Below, piece by piece: positions 41,201 through 50,990 of a DNA stretch of 64,000 nt. Position 1 is the stretch's first letter; each line of letters begins with the position of its first letter. The notes beneath the pieces were generated by a model. It saw only the letters and a list, made by a program, of their open reading frames with translations. It was not told the DNA's origin and did no database searches. The stretch is from an uncultured virus (IMG/VR IMGVR_UViG_3300030060_000981). Taxonomy: Duplodnaviria > Heunggongvirae > Uroviricota > Caudoviricetes. The stretch covers positions 1-64,000 of the IMG/VR virus record IMGVR_UViG_3300030060_000981. One strand, 5' to 3'. Made by a program: the position numbers and the translations under genes.

Positions 41201-44200
41201 TGCCTCTTGAGTTAAATTAAAACTAAACGTAGTGGAACCAATTCCAGAAATTGAACGAACTTGATTTAAAATATTCTTTTCAGTTATTAAAGAAGATGGT
41301 GAAATAATATTTGATGTATCTTTTATTATTTCTTTTTTAACATCTGTGTTTAGTGAAAGGTTAGCAGGAACCATACTATAATATAAATTTCTTGGTGTAT
41401 CATTAGAAATTTGGAAACTTAGATTTGCATCCCCACTGACACCAGTAGTTCCAGTCTTTGTAACATTAAATATTGTAGTTTTAGGAGTGTTGTTGTAAAC
41501 ATTTTTACACTCTTTATCATAATAAAGATTGAAATCAAAAGCAGCATAACTTACACCACTCTTACTGAATGCCAATGAAGAATCTGATAAATCAAAATAA
41601 ACTTTTTGATTTGCTTGAACTCTGATTGGTGGATTGACTGGATTTATAGTTCCAGCAGAAGCACTTGTAATATCTACAACAGAAGCATTAAATTTTACAG
41701 CTTCATAGAAATCATTGCAGAGACTTATTTTATTTCTATCAACAACTGATACAAAATAAATCTGATTGTCTTTAAGTCCACCTGATGCCGTACCAGCAGT
41801 ATGAATAACTTTATCACCATCAGATAATCCATGATTTAGCACGGTTATTGTATTATCTGATACTGACACATTACCAGAAGTAAAGTTCTTTGGATTAATT
41901 ACTAATCTTCTATTATAATCATTATATGCAACTGTAATTGTAGTTGTAATACCAATGGTGGCATCAATGACAATATTATCATTAATATTCATTCCATGTG
42001 TAGAAGCTGTCGCAACAGTCGCATCAATTTGAGTAACTTCACCTTTAATTACATTTTGGTAATTAGTTGTAAAGCTATGATATGTTCCTGTGCCAATACC
42101 AGTAAGGTATAATGGAAGTTTTGATAAATCATCTATTGCTAGATTTCTAAATTCACCTGTGTTACCTAAACCAACTTTAACAGTAGCAATACCAATTATA
42201 TCTTTACTTTTCCTAGCAACAAATAATTTATCATTATTGGATAAATTAAAACTTGCTGCACCAGCATAGGTTTGAACACCAATAACTGCTCCACTATTTG
42301 AATTGTATATAATTTCATCACCTGTTTCCAATCCATGATCAGGAAGGTAAATTGATGCTAAAGAAAGAGTAACTTGAGTTGAACCAGTTCCTGCATTTGC
42401 TATTGTTATAGTATGCCCAATACCAGCAGTTCCTATTCCTAAAGATTCTACTGGATTAAAGTATATCTCTTTGTTTAACTTATAATCAAATTCAAAAGAT
42501 TGTGTTGGTTGATAGAAAATGAAGTTTCTAGGATCTTGATTCAATCTAGCAAAAGCTGGGTGTGCAGGACTTGCAGTTGCCGACTCACCCCTAAGAATTC
42601 TAATTCTACTTTGATTAGTATCTACATTTAAGACTCTAACCTTCTCTGTTCCTATACCAAGAATATCATTCTCTTTTATGAATGGAAATTCTAATTGACC
42701 ACTTGCAATATCAATATAGGTTGTAATTCCAGTAGCAGTTACATCACCAATAGCATTACCTAATATAAACCTACTAGTCTGGACTCCTATTTGATAAGAA
42801 GAACCACTAACAAAGGCATTGGTGCTTAATCCACTAACAGTACCAAAATCTTTATTCTTAATATTATGTGGGCTTGTTGAATACCCTATGATCGCACCTA
42901 TTTCTCTAAAAGGAGCAAACTCAATATTACTTACAATCGTACTAGCAACATTAATAGAATGTATTTTCTTTCCAGAAACAGCATCAACCCTTGCAACAGC
43001 TCCAGAACCACCTGACCCCTCATTATCAAATACAACACTATCATCTACAGCATAATCAAATCCTCCTGTAACAATTCCTACTCGTGATAATTTTCCTTCA
43101 GAAATTGATTTAACTACAGTTTTCTGCTTATGATCTTTTGATGGATCTATTAGATAGTTGTAATTTGTATTTCCATCAAGAAGTCCATATGGTGTCGTAT
43201 TTCTATACCAGTCACCATTATTGATATCAACATCCTTTTGATTTGAATACCTATCAAAGTTAAAAGCAATAGGATCAGACTTAAATGAGTTTCCTACAAA
43301 GTATGGGAACTGAGGTCTTCTATAGTTTTTGAATGGTGCTTGAGAATCAATAGATTCGGAATCTATAGTAGCAAAATATGCATATGTTCCATTTGGATAA
43401 TCTGGAGTTATACCATACCTTCCATTATGTTCATCTAGATCACCATTTTCAGAATATACATAATCTTCAACAAAAGATCCACTTGGGAATACTAATTCAC
43501 CAGACTCACCTAATGGATTTGGTCTATCGGATACAACACCTATAGTGTATCCAGACTTCATAATTTTAATTGCACCACCAGTAGGAAGAGTGTATGCATA
43601 AGGACCATATATGGGGTTTCCATCATATGCCCAACCTAAAAGAGGTGAGTGGTAGATAGAAGTTTCTTCTACATCATCTTCAAGAGATAAGTCTACAAAG
43701 TTAGCTGGGTTTCCATCAATAACTTGTGTTGAGTAAACTGATCTTCTTAATTTACGAGGACAGTACAAATGAGTAAATTCAATCTCAAAATCAGAGTTAA
43801 TACCTTCTGCTAAAACTCCATCATCTTCAGATACTTTATTGGTGTTAACTAGTCTTTCAAATGTATTAACAGTCCATTGTTTTGATCTTGATTCAAACTG
43901 AGCCTCTGATCCAGATGCAGTTACAATAACAGTTGTATCTTTTACGTTGTATCCAAGTCCACCACTAATAACCTTTATAGATTCAATAACACCAGCATTC
44001 AATACAGGTATTAAAATACACCCTTTACCAGATCCTTTAATTTCTAAAGTTGGTGGACTATTATATTCTGATCCAGAACTTAGAACTAGAACCTCAACAA
44101 TTTTTCCATTTGAAATGACTGGTTTTAATTGTGCAGAAGCTCCTGTTTTTAAAGCAAAAGATGGTTGACGATTATAATTTAATATCTCTGATGATCCATA

Positions 44201-47200
44201 TCCCAATCCACCATTTTCTATGAAAACAGATTGAACAGATCCTCTGAATATTGGTTGTACAATAGCATCAAACTTTTGACCAGTTAGAGTAGATACTCCT
44301 ATGGTTCCTTCTACAGTTACTTTAATTGGAGGATAATTAAACTCATGAGTGCCAGAACCAACAGATTGTAAATTAACATACTTGTCATTATCATAGTAGA
44401 AATTAGGTGCAGTAGATCCAATTCCAACTTCCGACAGTCTAAATGAGTTATCACTAACCTTTGATACAATATAATTTGTATTTGATAGACCTTCTATAGA
44501 AGTTCCTTTAGCAGTATATAAAATTGTTTCTCCATCATTATATCCATGACCATTAATAGTAACTATATTGTTAGATGTATTAATACCACTTATATTTGTT
44601 GTAGTTCTTTGATTAGTATATCCAGATCCAGAACTACCAATACTGATCGACTTAAGAACTTTCTTAAATTTGCTAGATCTGAAGTTATGAACACCTGTTC
44701 CATAAGATGTTAGATCAACACTAGATATGCCCGCCACAGCAGCAGGAAGGGTGTTATGTAGTGATATGGTAAATGCATCCTTGATAGAAACATGGTATGC
44801 TGCAGACGTTGTGAGACCCCCTACAGCGGTCTGTCCATTTGGTCTGTATATGACACTCTCACCATCTCTAAATTTGTGGAATGTCGAGAATGCAACTGTA
44901 TTATTAGATAGGTTTACTAATCCAGCACTTTGTATTGCATTAAATTCTACAGAGTGTTCTACAGAAGATAAATTGGGGTTTGCCTTTGCTCCTTTACCAT
45001 TACCACCAGTGATAGTGATAATAGGATCATCCATGTAGTCAAATCCACCATCTAAGATTTGAATTCTATTCAAATCACCTTTAACAGCACAGAATGCAGA
45101 ACATCCTGATCCTACAGAATCAGTTACAGTTAGAACAGGAGGATTGATAACATCATAATCATTTCCACCACTAACAACTGCAATTTCTTCAAGAGGTCCA
45201 TAAAAAACGGAATCATTTGATTTGTAGTTTAATACTTCAACACCATTAATCAAAATTCCAGTTTGACCAGGCTTTGTTTCAGACTTAATTGATGATGTAA
45301 TAGGATTTTGTATTTTCCTAATAAGTTGTTGAGATTTTAATCTTTGATCCGAAAATCTTGTTAACTCAAACTTATTATTAGTGACAGTTCCTGTTACCGT
45401 GATAAATTTGCCATTGTAGATATTGGATTTACTTTTCGCAATCTTAATCGTATCAACATCAACCTTCTTAGCAAAATATACACCCTCAACGATGTTTAAC
45501 TTATTTGTACCTTCACCAGCTACGTATGTTAATGAATCTCCAGTATAAAAACCATGATTAGCAATAGATAGATTTTCCCCATTAAAGGTTCCTGTAACTA
45601 TTACAGATCTATCACTAACATCTAATGATTCATTAAGATATGATGGAATAGAAGGTGAACTAAGATACAATGAACCTTCTTTAGTATAAACATTTTCAAC
45701 GTTAGTAGTTTGAATGCTTAATTCAGGATAATCTTGAACATTAGCTTTAGATAATATCTTTTCAATGGTAAAGTGTCTTGTTGTATCTAAAATACCTTGA
45801 TCATTAATAGTAAAGTGGTAATCATTAATAATAGAAGTTATATTACATACTAAGTTGATACCATCAGTAGTTTTGATGTTAGCTTTGTCACCCAATACAA
45901 AATTGTGCTTATCGTAAGTAATAATGCCATATGTAGAGTTAGAAGCATCCAATAACTCTAAAGATTTTACATTATAGTTTGTTGCAATATTAAAGAACCA
46001 ATTATTTGCACCTTCATTCGTAATTCCTATACCCAAGCCTTGTGGTTCAATAACATCACCAACTTCAGTCGAAAATTGTAGTGAATGTGTATTTAATTTT
46101 GAAGTAACACCAGTTACTCGAACTTTACATAGATTTGATGTTCCTACACCAACATATCCATATGCAAACTCATCAACTCTCAAATCTTGCTGAGAATCTA
46201 TATTTTTAGTAACTCCAGAGCATCCATAGAACTGAGTGAGTGATTTTGATGTATAAGTTATCTTTGTACTGATTCCATCAGAGTGTTTTGTGACTAATGT
46301 TCCCGAAGTGTGAAATCCTATTGTAGAATCAACATCAAGGACGGTAGAACCGATAGAAACAGGTGTAATTACCTTTGTAGTTGGATGAATTGAGAATTCA
46401 CCAAATATAGATCCCCTTACTTCAACATCTTTGTCATAATCATAGTCCAAGCTAATAATATAGTAATCTTTGTCATTACGTCTAATCTTTTGAACATTGG
46501 TTATAGATCCCCTTGCACCTTTGATTCCATTTTGGTTAAAATCTTGGAAAAGTGTCCTATTTTCAAGATCTTGTGGATTTCCTTCAAGTGCCTCAACAAC
46601 TAGATCTTTACAAATTCGATATTGAGCATCTGAAGGCGCAAAAAGGTAATCTCTTGGTTTTATTACTTCTACATCAACACCATACAATGCACGGAACAAA
46701 ATTTCAAAGGATTTATCAGTTCCTTTTGATGTATAGAAGTCTTTTGACTGTTTTATGAATATTCTTTGATCTACACTAGTATCTAACTGTCTTTCTTCAA
46801 ATCCTGGTGTTATTTGACTCTTTACATTCGCAAAAAACTCTTTTAGGAATAAAATACTTAGATTATCAACTGTCGCATTTTGAGAATGAGTCGATATTTG
46901 AGATTCTTTGAAAACTAACTCATCAGGACTGTTAGGACTCCTAAAAGAGGTAATTCCACTAAATCCCCTAGAGCATCCAGTAAAGGTATTGGTTGTTATT
47001 CCACTATATGTTATAATTTCAGAATCAATCTTAATCAAGCCATAAGATTCTGGAAATCCACTTGTCGAATCAACAGAAATAGTACTATCAACAAAACTAA
47101 CATCAGAAGTCAATGTAGTAGAGTCTACAAGATTTGTTAATTCATCAACTTTGACATATTTGTCAATATTTTTAAAAAGATCTAAAGTCAATCCCTGACT

Positions 47201-47317
47201 TTCCATAGATCTATAATATTCAGTTAAAAATTCCCCAACAAGTGGGTAATCTTCTCTTACATAATCAGGCAGTTGATTGGATACAACTGAACTAATCTTA
47301 ACTCTAGTATCTGCCAT
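35291..47317 (-). CDS. gp7: Baseplate wedge initiator, 4008 aa
   Basis: FYTSKGT...LFRALY, HSPLLGWAYDGNPIYGPY, YYQYFSY, HTAGFKKF motifs; between gp6 and gp8. Confidence 0.88.
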   Translation of the reverse strand: MADTRVKISSVVSNQLPDYVREDYPLVGEFLTEYYRSMESQGLTLDLFKNIDKYVKVDELTNLVDSTTLTSDVSFVDSTISVDSTSGFPESYGLIKIDSEIITYSGITTNTFTGCSRGFSGITSFRSPNSPDELVFKESQISTHSQNATVDNLSILFLKEFFANVKSQITPGFEERQLDTSVDQRIFIKQSKDFYTSKGTDKSFEILFRALYGVDVEVIKPRDYLFAPSDAQYRICKDLVVEALEGNPQDLENRTLFQDFNQNGIKGARGSITNVQKIRRNDKDYYIISLDYDYDKDVEVRGSIFGEFSIHPTTKVITPVSIGSTVLDVDSTIGFHTSGTLVTKHSDGISTKITYTSKSLTQFYGCSGVTKNIDSQQDLRVDEFAYGYVGVGTSNLCKVRVTGVTSKLNTHSLQFSTEVGDVIEPQGLGIGITNEGANNWFFNIATNYNVKSLELLDASNSTYGIITYDKHNFVLGDKANIKTTDGINLVCNITSIINDYHFTINDQGILDTTRHFTIEKILSKANVQDYPELSIQTTNVENVYTKEGSLYLSSPSIPSYLNESLDVSDRSVIVTGTFNGENLSIANHGFYTGDSLTYVAGEGTNKLNIVEGVYFAKKVDVDTIKIAKSKSNIYNGKFITVTGTVTNNKFELTRFSDQRLKSQQLIRKIQNPITSSIKSETKPGQTGILINGVEVLNYKSNDSVFYGPLEEIAVVSGGNDYDVINPPVLTVTDSVGSGCSAFCAVKGDLNRIQILDGGFDYMDDPIITITGGNGKGAKANPNLSSVEHSVEFNAIQSAGLVNLSNNTVAFSTFHKFRDGESVIYRPNGQTAVGGLTTSAAYHVSIKDAFTISLHNTLPAAVAGISSVDLTSYGTGVHNFRSSKFKKVLKSISIGSSGSGYTNQRTTTNISGINTSNNIVTINGHGYNDGETILYTAKGTSIEGLSNTNYIVSKVSDNSFRLSEVGIGSTAPNFYYDNDKYVNLQSVGSGTHEFNYPPIKVTVEGTIGVSTLTGQKFDAIVQPIFRGSVQSVFIENGGLGYGSSEILNYNRQPSFALKTGASAQLKPVISNGKIVEVLVLSSGSEYNSPPTLEIKGSGKGCILIPVLNAGVIESIKVISGGLGYNVKDTTVIVTASGSEAQFESRSKQWTVNTFERLVNTNKVSEDDGVLAEGINSDFEIEFTHLYCPRKLRRSVYSTQVIDGNPANFVDLSLEDDVEETSIYHSPLLGWAYDGNPIYGPYAYTLPTGGAIKIMKSGYTIGVVSDRPNPLGESGELVFPSGSFVEDYVYSENGDLDEHNGRYGITPDYPNGTYAYFATIDSESIDSQAPFKNYRRPQFPYFVGNSFKSDPIAFNFDRYSNQKDVDINNGDWYRNTTPYGLLDGNTNYNYLIDPSKDHKQKTVVKSISEGKLSRVGIVTGGFDYAVDDSVVFDNEGSGGSGAVARVDAVSGKKIHSINVASTIVSNIEFAPFREIGAIIGYSTSPHNIKNKDFGTVSGLSTNAFVSGSSYQIGVQTSRFILGNAIGDVTATGITTYIDIASGQLEFPFIKENDILGIGTEKVRVLNVDTNQSRIRILRGESATASPAHPAFARLNQDPRNFIFYQPTQSFEFDYKLNKEIYFNPVESLGIGTAGIGHTITIANAGTGSTQVTLSLASIYLPDHGLETGDEIIYNSNSGAVIGVQTYAGAASFNLSNNDKLFVARKSKDIIGIATVKVGLGNTGEFRNLAIDDLSKLPLYLTGIGTGTYHSFTTNYQNVIKGEVTQIDATVATASTHGMNINDNIVIDATIGITTTITVAYNDYNRRLVINPKNFTSGNVSVSDNTITVLNHGLSDGDKVIHTAGTASGGLKDNQIYFVSVVDRNKISLCNDFYEAVKFNASVVDITSASAGTINPVNPPIRVQANQKVYFDLSDSSLAFSKSGVSYAAFDFNLYYDKECKNVYNNTPKTTIFNVTKTGTTGVSGDANLSFQISNDTPRNLYYSMVPANLSLNTDVKKEIIKDTSNIISPSSLITEKNILNQVRSISGIGSTTFSFNLTQEAGKTLYVPADGKFKYLTSSRTARGPIALVGVRNGGLGYSRIPGIDRVANLGVTTSKGYGAVLDPISLTIGRIESVDIQDIGYEYSADKTLQPKALLPQYVSVDSFYSLSKVGITSVGNFYTTAPDLVVLDGITKLPVTEVVLKYTLGNSNVGIVKNTTSLNKDAPTIIPVNNSNGVSISSMDYNLGTKDVTVTIGASFSSAADYPFAVGESVLIENVSVGVGTTGKGYNSSNYNYKRFKITATDPNIGGTLGSVTYSLQDSIFDGNIPGNFDAQNSSGTIIPEKWFPIFGVEMVTNDFEKGETITSKSATGTVQSWNGLSGSLKVSSPRLFNINETITGDSSGTQGKIKERISYNAQYDIGASSIVPKGWKRETGMLNNNLQRLSDNDYYQYFSYALKSTVQLEKWDEAVSSLNHTAGFKKFSDLVIENDITQNNQSVGLGTNQIGSVESIAMLDSVLSLNTIPDYDLVTEKTLKVDDTTVVSDEVVFKTKILQDYIESIGNRVLSIDDVSSQFNDLPRTDRFSPVDLFPLTSARHKKFIAYIQDTRFGEERQVYIISMVHNSSTAMLNQYGGVYTYADLGTFDFDILGDEGRLLFYPKKYRANDYFVTTLTYNIADTVAGIGSTDFGDIANVGSATSTVGLGVTTAVNIVGIAKTYRSAKITVSAAATNSAYQYYEVDELTMVHDGTNVELMEYGQVSSDMPSSPLGSAGIGTYGATLSGNYVNISFTPNAGVTTATGYHINSLKIAMSDTTSSGVGTHTFNTGQIDSSQTSIASSTSPVETVVAEYSDAYRSAYYFVSIEDTTNNQYQASEVLVVNDENEVYITEYGVVQTGGNLGDFGGNITGAGVRQLTFKPLASANVQVRVLQNAVGTVNDSVSDNLISFTNASIDTGEGEYYGTETDVKRAFEIKHKQLPIFKRNFLGAQSSVVNLTDNKIFVPDHYFVTGESLTYANLGAGTTMAVGIKTTTIPGVGSTDKLPSTVFAVKSDDSNIKLAATAEDALKSKPVILDITAVGIGTSHSLTSKNANSKVLVSLDNVIQTPVVASAVTTNLAGNVDYNIDNITITGITSIFGGDLLQIDDEIMRVDMVGFGATNKLRVKRPWMGTQLAAHDADAMVTKINGNYNIVGNEINFYTAPKGLTPISTTAASPDDVYWTGIATHSTFNGRSFLRSGVPGTADEPYAKNFIFDDISSGFTGYSTEFTLKSNGQNVTGISSDNAIILINQVAQGPSRYSDPINVISNYTLSENSGITSIQFTGSASSVSSDPNTATVPVGGIIISVGSTQGLGYQPLVAAGATAIVSGLGTISSIAIGNSGSGYRSGIQTTVNVGVKTLSTGIPNIEFIGTAAVSNGHVVSVAITNPGAGYTSTNPPEVIFDLPLSYTDIPLVYTGSAGVGTEATADIVVGMAGSVIDFVINNQGSGYGQEEVLSIGVGGTVGIPTDSTLGASFKEFQLTIEKTESNTFAGWTLGDFLVLDDFSNLFDGNKRTFAIKLNGVQKTIKSRIGSPVKVQDTLLVFINDILQIPGDGYIFDGGSFIEFTEAPKVGDLIKLLFYQGTGAVDVKEVDILEQVKVGDVIKITGDEIQYRENDRLVTKINATDSVDTNTYGGSGINENETYIRPVTWSRQTEDRFIDGTPVPKDRELYEPLIYPNTNLIQPLSLGSTVAFVENVRTFFDNSKENQTKNNSIRIISQDSVVSASATAVVSGLGTISSIVIGNGGIGYTGVPSVTIGNPVSTASSLRASATSSITAGIVTSISVTVAGTGYTSSNPPVVLIADPKTSGYVEEVTQVSYTGDFGTISGVSTTTVGVTTGIVFDLLLPSDSLFRDSDVVGTAITVSGIQTGYYFVVSNSNIGNGVTSLNSAGAVVGSGSSFLDNIYEVASVSIAQTNAVAIGQTYVAKVTVSVQNYNGLTGLGHSEVFGDYSWGRISINNRSKNKVFNSYNNGLLGISTSPIVERVVPLKSTNYNE

Positions 47318-47326
47318 TTATATTGG

Positions 47327-49327
47327 TTAGTACGAGGGAGTGGATGTTGTAGAATCTCCTAAAACACTATATGTGGGTAAAGATGCAATATCGATACCAT
47401 CACCAGGAGCAATTCTTGCTATGTTGCCATTCATATAGCTAGGTGTAGACTTATATAAGGTTCCTGAAGGATTAGATCCTGAAGAAATATCATCCGTTAA
47501 CATATTTAACGTACTACTATTAATATCTAGTTGCAAATAAAGATCCTGTAATCCGATAACATCATTTGAACGAGGACAAACCGATAATTCGATAATTGGT
47601 TGCCCCTGAAGTGTTTTAGATGTGCTTACAAGGTTAATTGCATCTATCATGATCTCACCTTTATGATAATCAACAGTTCCAATGTTTCTTCTAATAATAG
47701 AAGGTTGGGTCTGAGAATCAAGCTTGAATAAGAATAGAGATCCTTTGTGCATATCCGCATTAGGAGAATCACTGATATAAACAGTCTCACTCACTCCAAA
47801 AATTTTAAATCCAGATGACTTAATGTTATAAGAATTCGCATTTTTGATGTAAAATGGGTTTCCGAAGCAAACTTCATACTCAGCAACCTGATTTAACCGT
47901 GCTTTAAGGTCTCTTCTCATTGCAACAGTCGTAATATTGGAAGTAACAGACTGATGACTGTTATCAATCAAGGTTTGGAACTTACTATACTTGAATTTTG
48001 CACCATATTTGTTCATTTCACTTGATTGTGCATAATCAGTGATGTTATTTGAGATAAGTGTCTTCACAAAATCAGCACTTGGTGCTAAATTTGCATTATA
48101 ATATGCAGTTATGTCAGTCTCAACGTAGAGATACTTGAGATCAAGGATTTCTGGTACAATTCCTGCTACAGAATAACTTCTTAGCTTGTCTTTTAGGTTA
48201 TCTTTAATTGAGTTCGGTACAAAAGGACCATAAAATGGTTTAATTGTAATAAAAACCTTCCCATATTGTGGTGGTTGCAATTCTTCACCACCAAAAACCG
48301 ATACAGATTGAGTTTCTGGGTAAATTTTAGGTATAAGTGCTTCATAATCTGCTGCAGTCACTGCTCTATTCTGTGTAGAGTAGATTCTAGGAGCATAACT
48401 CTTGATAGAATCAATAGATTCTATTTCTTTACCTCCTTCAGAAGCTTGTGTCGTACTAAGAAGTGAAATTCCAGTGCTTACAAGGTTATTATTGTTATCT
48501 ACAAGACGACCATTGAACAAAAATGATGAAATACCGTTTCCATTCTCACCATTTGTCTTAATATACGAAGTTTCAATATAATTTAATGCTTTTAACTGTT
48601 CTCCAAAGATTCCATCACCAAAAATTAACTCATATCTTTCATCTTCTATCTCTTGAATGAAAAATACACGAGAAGATGCAGTAACTTCAAACAAACTATC
48701 TGAAAGAAGGTACTTTTTCGATGATGTACTTGCTTGTGTATCTCTAACTTCTACTCTCAAAGTCGATGTATCAATATGTTCGTTATTTAAGATGTATCTT
48801 TTAGGTGGAGAGGGGTTATCTGCCTCTACTGTAAAGTTTGCAGTTAGATATGTGCCTTCAAAGATCTGAATATCAGTAAAAGTAGCAAATCCATTGCTAT
48901 CAACAGGAACTGTAATGTCTGAAGGTATCGCAAATGCATAACTTTCAGTACCAAATGTAGATGCAGCAGTACAAACAACACCTTTTTTAAGAGTTAATGT
49001 AATTGGTTTTGTGGAAAACCCTGTTGTATCTACAAAAAAGGATACAAGTGCATGTGCAGCAGTTCTAGAACGAGGAACATAACCAATATTACGTGCAAGT
49101 GCAACAACATTCTCTCTTAATGTTGCACTATCAATGAAAACCTCATTACTAACCATGTTAGCATTGTATGAGGAGATATATGTATTGTATGCAAGAACGT
49201 CAATTATGGTTGAAAGGTTAGAACCTTCAAAGTCATAGTCCGTAAAATTGCTATTTGATCGTAAATAGTCTTTGATAGAGACTTTTATTTGATCAAAATC
49301 TAGATTTGTAAAATTTACTAGTGCCAT
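47327..49327 (-). CDS. gp6: Baseplate wedge subunit
   Basis: LDFDQIK, DYDFEGS, QNRAVTAADY motifs. Confidence 0.94.
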   Translation of the reverse strand: MALVNFTNLDFDQIKVSIKDYLRSNSNFTDYDFEGSNLSTIIDVLAYNTYISSYNANMVSNEVFIDSATLRENVVALARNIGYVPRSRTAAHALVSFFVDTTGFSTKPITLTLKKGVVCTAASTFGTESYAFAIPSDITVPVDSNGFATFTDIQIFEGTYLTANFTVEADNPSPPKRYILNNEHIDTSTLRVEVRDTQASTSSKKYLLSDSLFEVTASSRVFFIQEIEDERYELIFGDGIFGEQLKALNYIETSYIKTNGENGNGISSFLFNGRLVDNNNNLVSTGISLLSTTQASEGGKEIESIDSIKSYAPRIYSTQNRAVTAADYEALIPKIYPETQSVSVFGGEELQPPQYGKVFITIKPFYGPFVPNSIKDNLKDKLRSYSVAGIVPEILDLKYLYVETDITAYYNANLAPSADFVKTLISNNITDYAQSSEMNKYGAKFKYSKFQTLIDNSHQSVTSNITTVAMRRDLKARLNQVAEYEVCFGNPFYIKNANSYNIKSSGFKIFGVSETVYISDSPNADMHKGSLFLFKLDSQTQPSIIRRNIGTVDYHKGEIMIDAINLVSTSKTLQGQPIIELSVCPRSNDVIGLQDLYLQLDINSSTLNMLTDDISSGSNPSGTLYKSTPSYMNGNIARIAPGDGIDIASLPTYSVLGDSTTSTPSY

Positions 49328-49728
49328 TAGCGTGTTGGCTGTAGTGCGAATTCTAATTGTTGAGGTAAAACATCGATTCCTACGATGTCATATGTGATCC
49401 TAATGTCAAATGAATTGTCATCGTAGTTAGGAAGACACTCTACCTTCTTCAATTTCACTCTGGGTTCATAATTATTGATGGTTGATATGATTTCTTCCTT
49501 AATTGCAGCTGCTGTTTGGTCATTTAGATTCTCAAAAAGAGATTCTTTGACTCTTGAACCCAAATCGGGATCAAAAAATCGTTCACCAGGAGTCGTAAAC
49601 ACCAAATTCCTCAATGATCGTGCAATTGCAGTCTCATTCTTAATCGTTATAAGGTCTAAATTAATAGGATTCACCTCAAGTGACATACTTAAGTCCTTAA
49701 AACCCTTACTGATCCGTGGAGATGGCAT
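49327..49728 (-). CDS. gp25: Baseplate wedge subunit
   Basis: TTPGERFF and YEPRV motifs. Confidence 0.93.
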   Translation of the reverse strand: MPSPRISKGFKDLSMSLEVNPINLDLITIKNETAIARSLRNLVFTTPGERFFDPDLGSRVKESLFENLNDQTAAAIKEEIISTINNYEPRVKLKKVECLPNYDDNSFDIRITYDIVGIDVLPQQLEFALQPTR

Positions 49729-49770
49729 TAAAAAAGGAAATCTTAACTTATTTAGTGACTATTTAGCATG

Positions 49771-49795
49771 AAAAAAGCACCTCGTTAAAGGTGCT
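49771..49795 (-). terminator. Intrinsic terminator
   Basis: AGCACCT/AGGTGCT stem plus T tract. Confidence 0.7.
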
Positions 49796-49828
49796 ATAGA
49801 GAGAGTTTTTGGTGAGAGAAGCCTTCGA

Positions 49829-50596
49829 CTAGATTATACGAGTCTTTTCATGCCCTACGCGTATCCGAGGGTCACACCAGATCTCATATCCTTTCTCCTT
49901 GGCATCTAGACAGAAGCTTACATCTTCTCCACACATATCTTGTACTTTACCAGATTCAAATACCTGCATCTTCGGAGCAAACCAAGGATACTCAAGGTTC
50001 TCAAAGACACCATTCTTGATCATTACCCAACCAAAACCAGTATAGTCTACAGTAAAAGGTTTCTTCCTTCTATCCATAGTCTCAATGGTTTCGTGATTCA
50101 TTACACCACCATTAGTTCTGAAGTCATCTTCTTCTAACCAGTGTGCAACTGAGGTAGTCTTACCATCTTCAGTACAATACCAACCAGCAGTGATCTCCTT
50201 TTCATTACCATCCTTATCAATCGCAAGATCACATAACTGCCAGAACTTCTGTGCATCAAATACTATGTCAGAGTCAATCCACAACTGATAGTCATAGTTA
50301 AGCTTTCCATCCCAAGGTATCTGATTAGGACCACGTAAGACATTTGCACCTAATACCTTACATCGTGCAAAGTTAACCATAGAGGAGTAGTCTTGACTTA
50401 TCTGAATTGACATACCGTTCTGAACCATGTCAAAACAAAGTTGTACAAAGTTCTTCAGAAATATGTAAGAACATCCACGACCAGGTAAACAAAATACTAT
50501 TGCCTTACCTTTCATTCTTTCTTTTATAGCATCTATGTCCCAACTAGGAGTATTTGCTTTGGGTGCAGCTGCTTTGACAGTAAATCCTTTTGCCAT
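49829..50596 (-). CDS. Conserved cyanophage protein with GT-A/GT2 glycosyltransferase-like motifs
   Basis: WIDSDIVF (DxD), TGFGWVMI, GEDVSFC, VGH. Confidence 0.7.
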   Translation of the reverse strand: MAKGFTVKAAAPKANTPSWDIDAIKERMKGKAIVFCLPGRGCSYIFLKNFVQLCFDMVQNGMSIQISQDYSSMVNFARCKVLGANVLRGPNQIPWDGKLNYDYQLWIDSDIVFDAQKFWQLCDLAIDKDGNEKEITAGWYCTEDGKTTSVAHWLEEDDFRTNGGVMNHETIETMDRRKKPFTVDYTGFGWVMIKNGVFENLEYPWFAPKMQVFESGKVQDMCGEDVSFCLDAKEKGYEIWCDPRIRVGHEKTRII

Positions 50597-50619
50597 AAAT
50601 TTTAAATTCCTTCAACTCA

Positions 50620-50648
50620 ATTATATCAGTTTATTATATATTTGTCAA
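50620..50648 (-). promoter_or_regulatory. Consensus sigma70 promoter
   Basis: TTGACA-17bp-TATAAT. Confidence 0.75.
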
Positions 50649-50884
50649 TAAGAATCACTTCCTGGTGGTTCTGTAGTGGAAACCCTATTCGGTCCTCCTA
50701 CTCCTACCTGTGGTGCGGCAATACTATATGATAAGTCTTTATTTGTATAGTCTGTCTTTAGCAAGCCTACCATTACATTGAGTAGTTGCCATTTCTCATC
50801 GAAATCTTCTTGACGTAGATTATAATATAACACTCTATCTCCTGCGTATATGTGATATGTTATCTCATTCTCTTTGTCGTTCAT
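50645..50884 (-). CDS. Hypothetical protein
   Basis: 79-aa ORF. Confidence 0.7.
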   Translation of the reverse strand: MNDKENEITYHIYAGDRVLYYNLRQEDFDEKWQLLNVMVGLLKTDYTNKDLSYSIAAPQVGVGGPNRVSTTEPPGSDSY

Positions 50885-50888
50885 AATC

Positions 50889-50990
50889 TTACGAAGTTAA
50901 CACATTATATATTGCTACCACAATAATACCGATCATTACCCATATAGGAAACATGAATAACCTGTAAATGCCACCAAGGATTTTTTTCAT
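50889..50990 (-). CDS. Small membrane peptide, 33 aa (MKKILGGIYRLFMFPIWVMIGIIVVAIYNVLTS)
   Basis: Hand translation; hydrophobic stretch. Confidence 0.45.
   Translation of the reverse strand: MKKILGGIYRLFMFPIWVMIGIIVVAIYNVLTS

Noticed and set aside
35291..47317. G/T/V-rich repeats (SGxGY, VGIGT-like) in gp7, gp14 and other virion proteins
   Set aside because: Ordinary repeat domains of cyanophage structural proteins
509..50137. Many plus-strand ORFs of 60-120 aa in the ORF track
   Set aside because: Antisense shadows of well-supported minus-strand core genes; no motifs or expression signals
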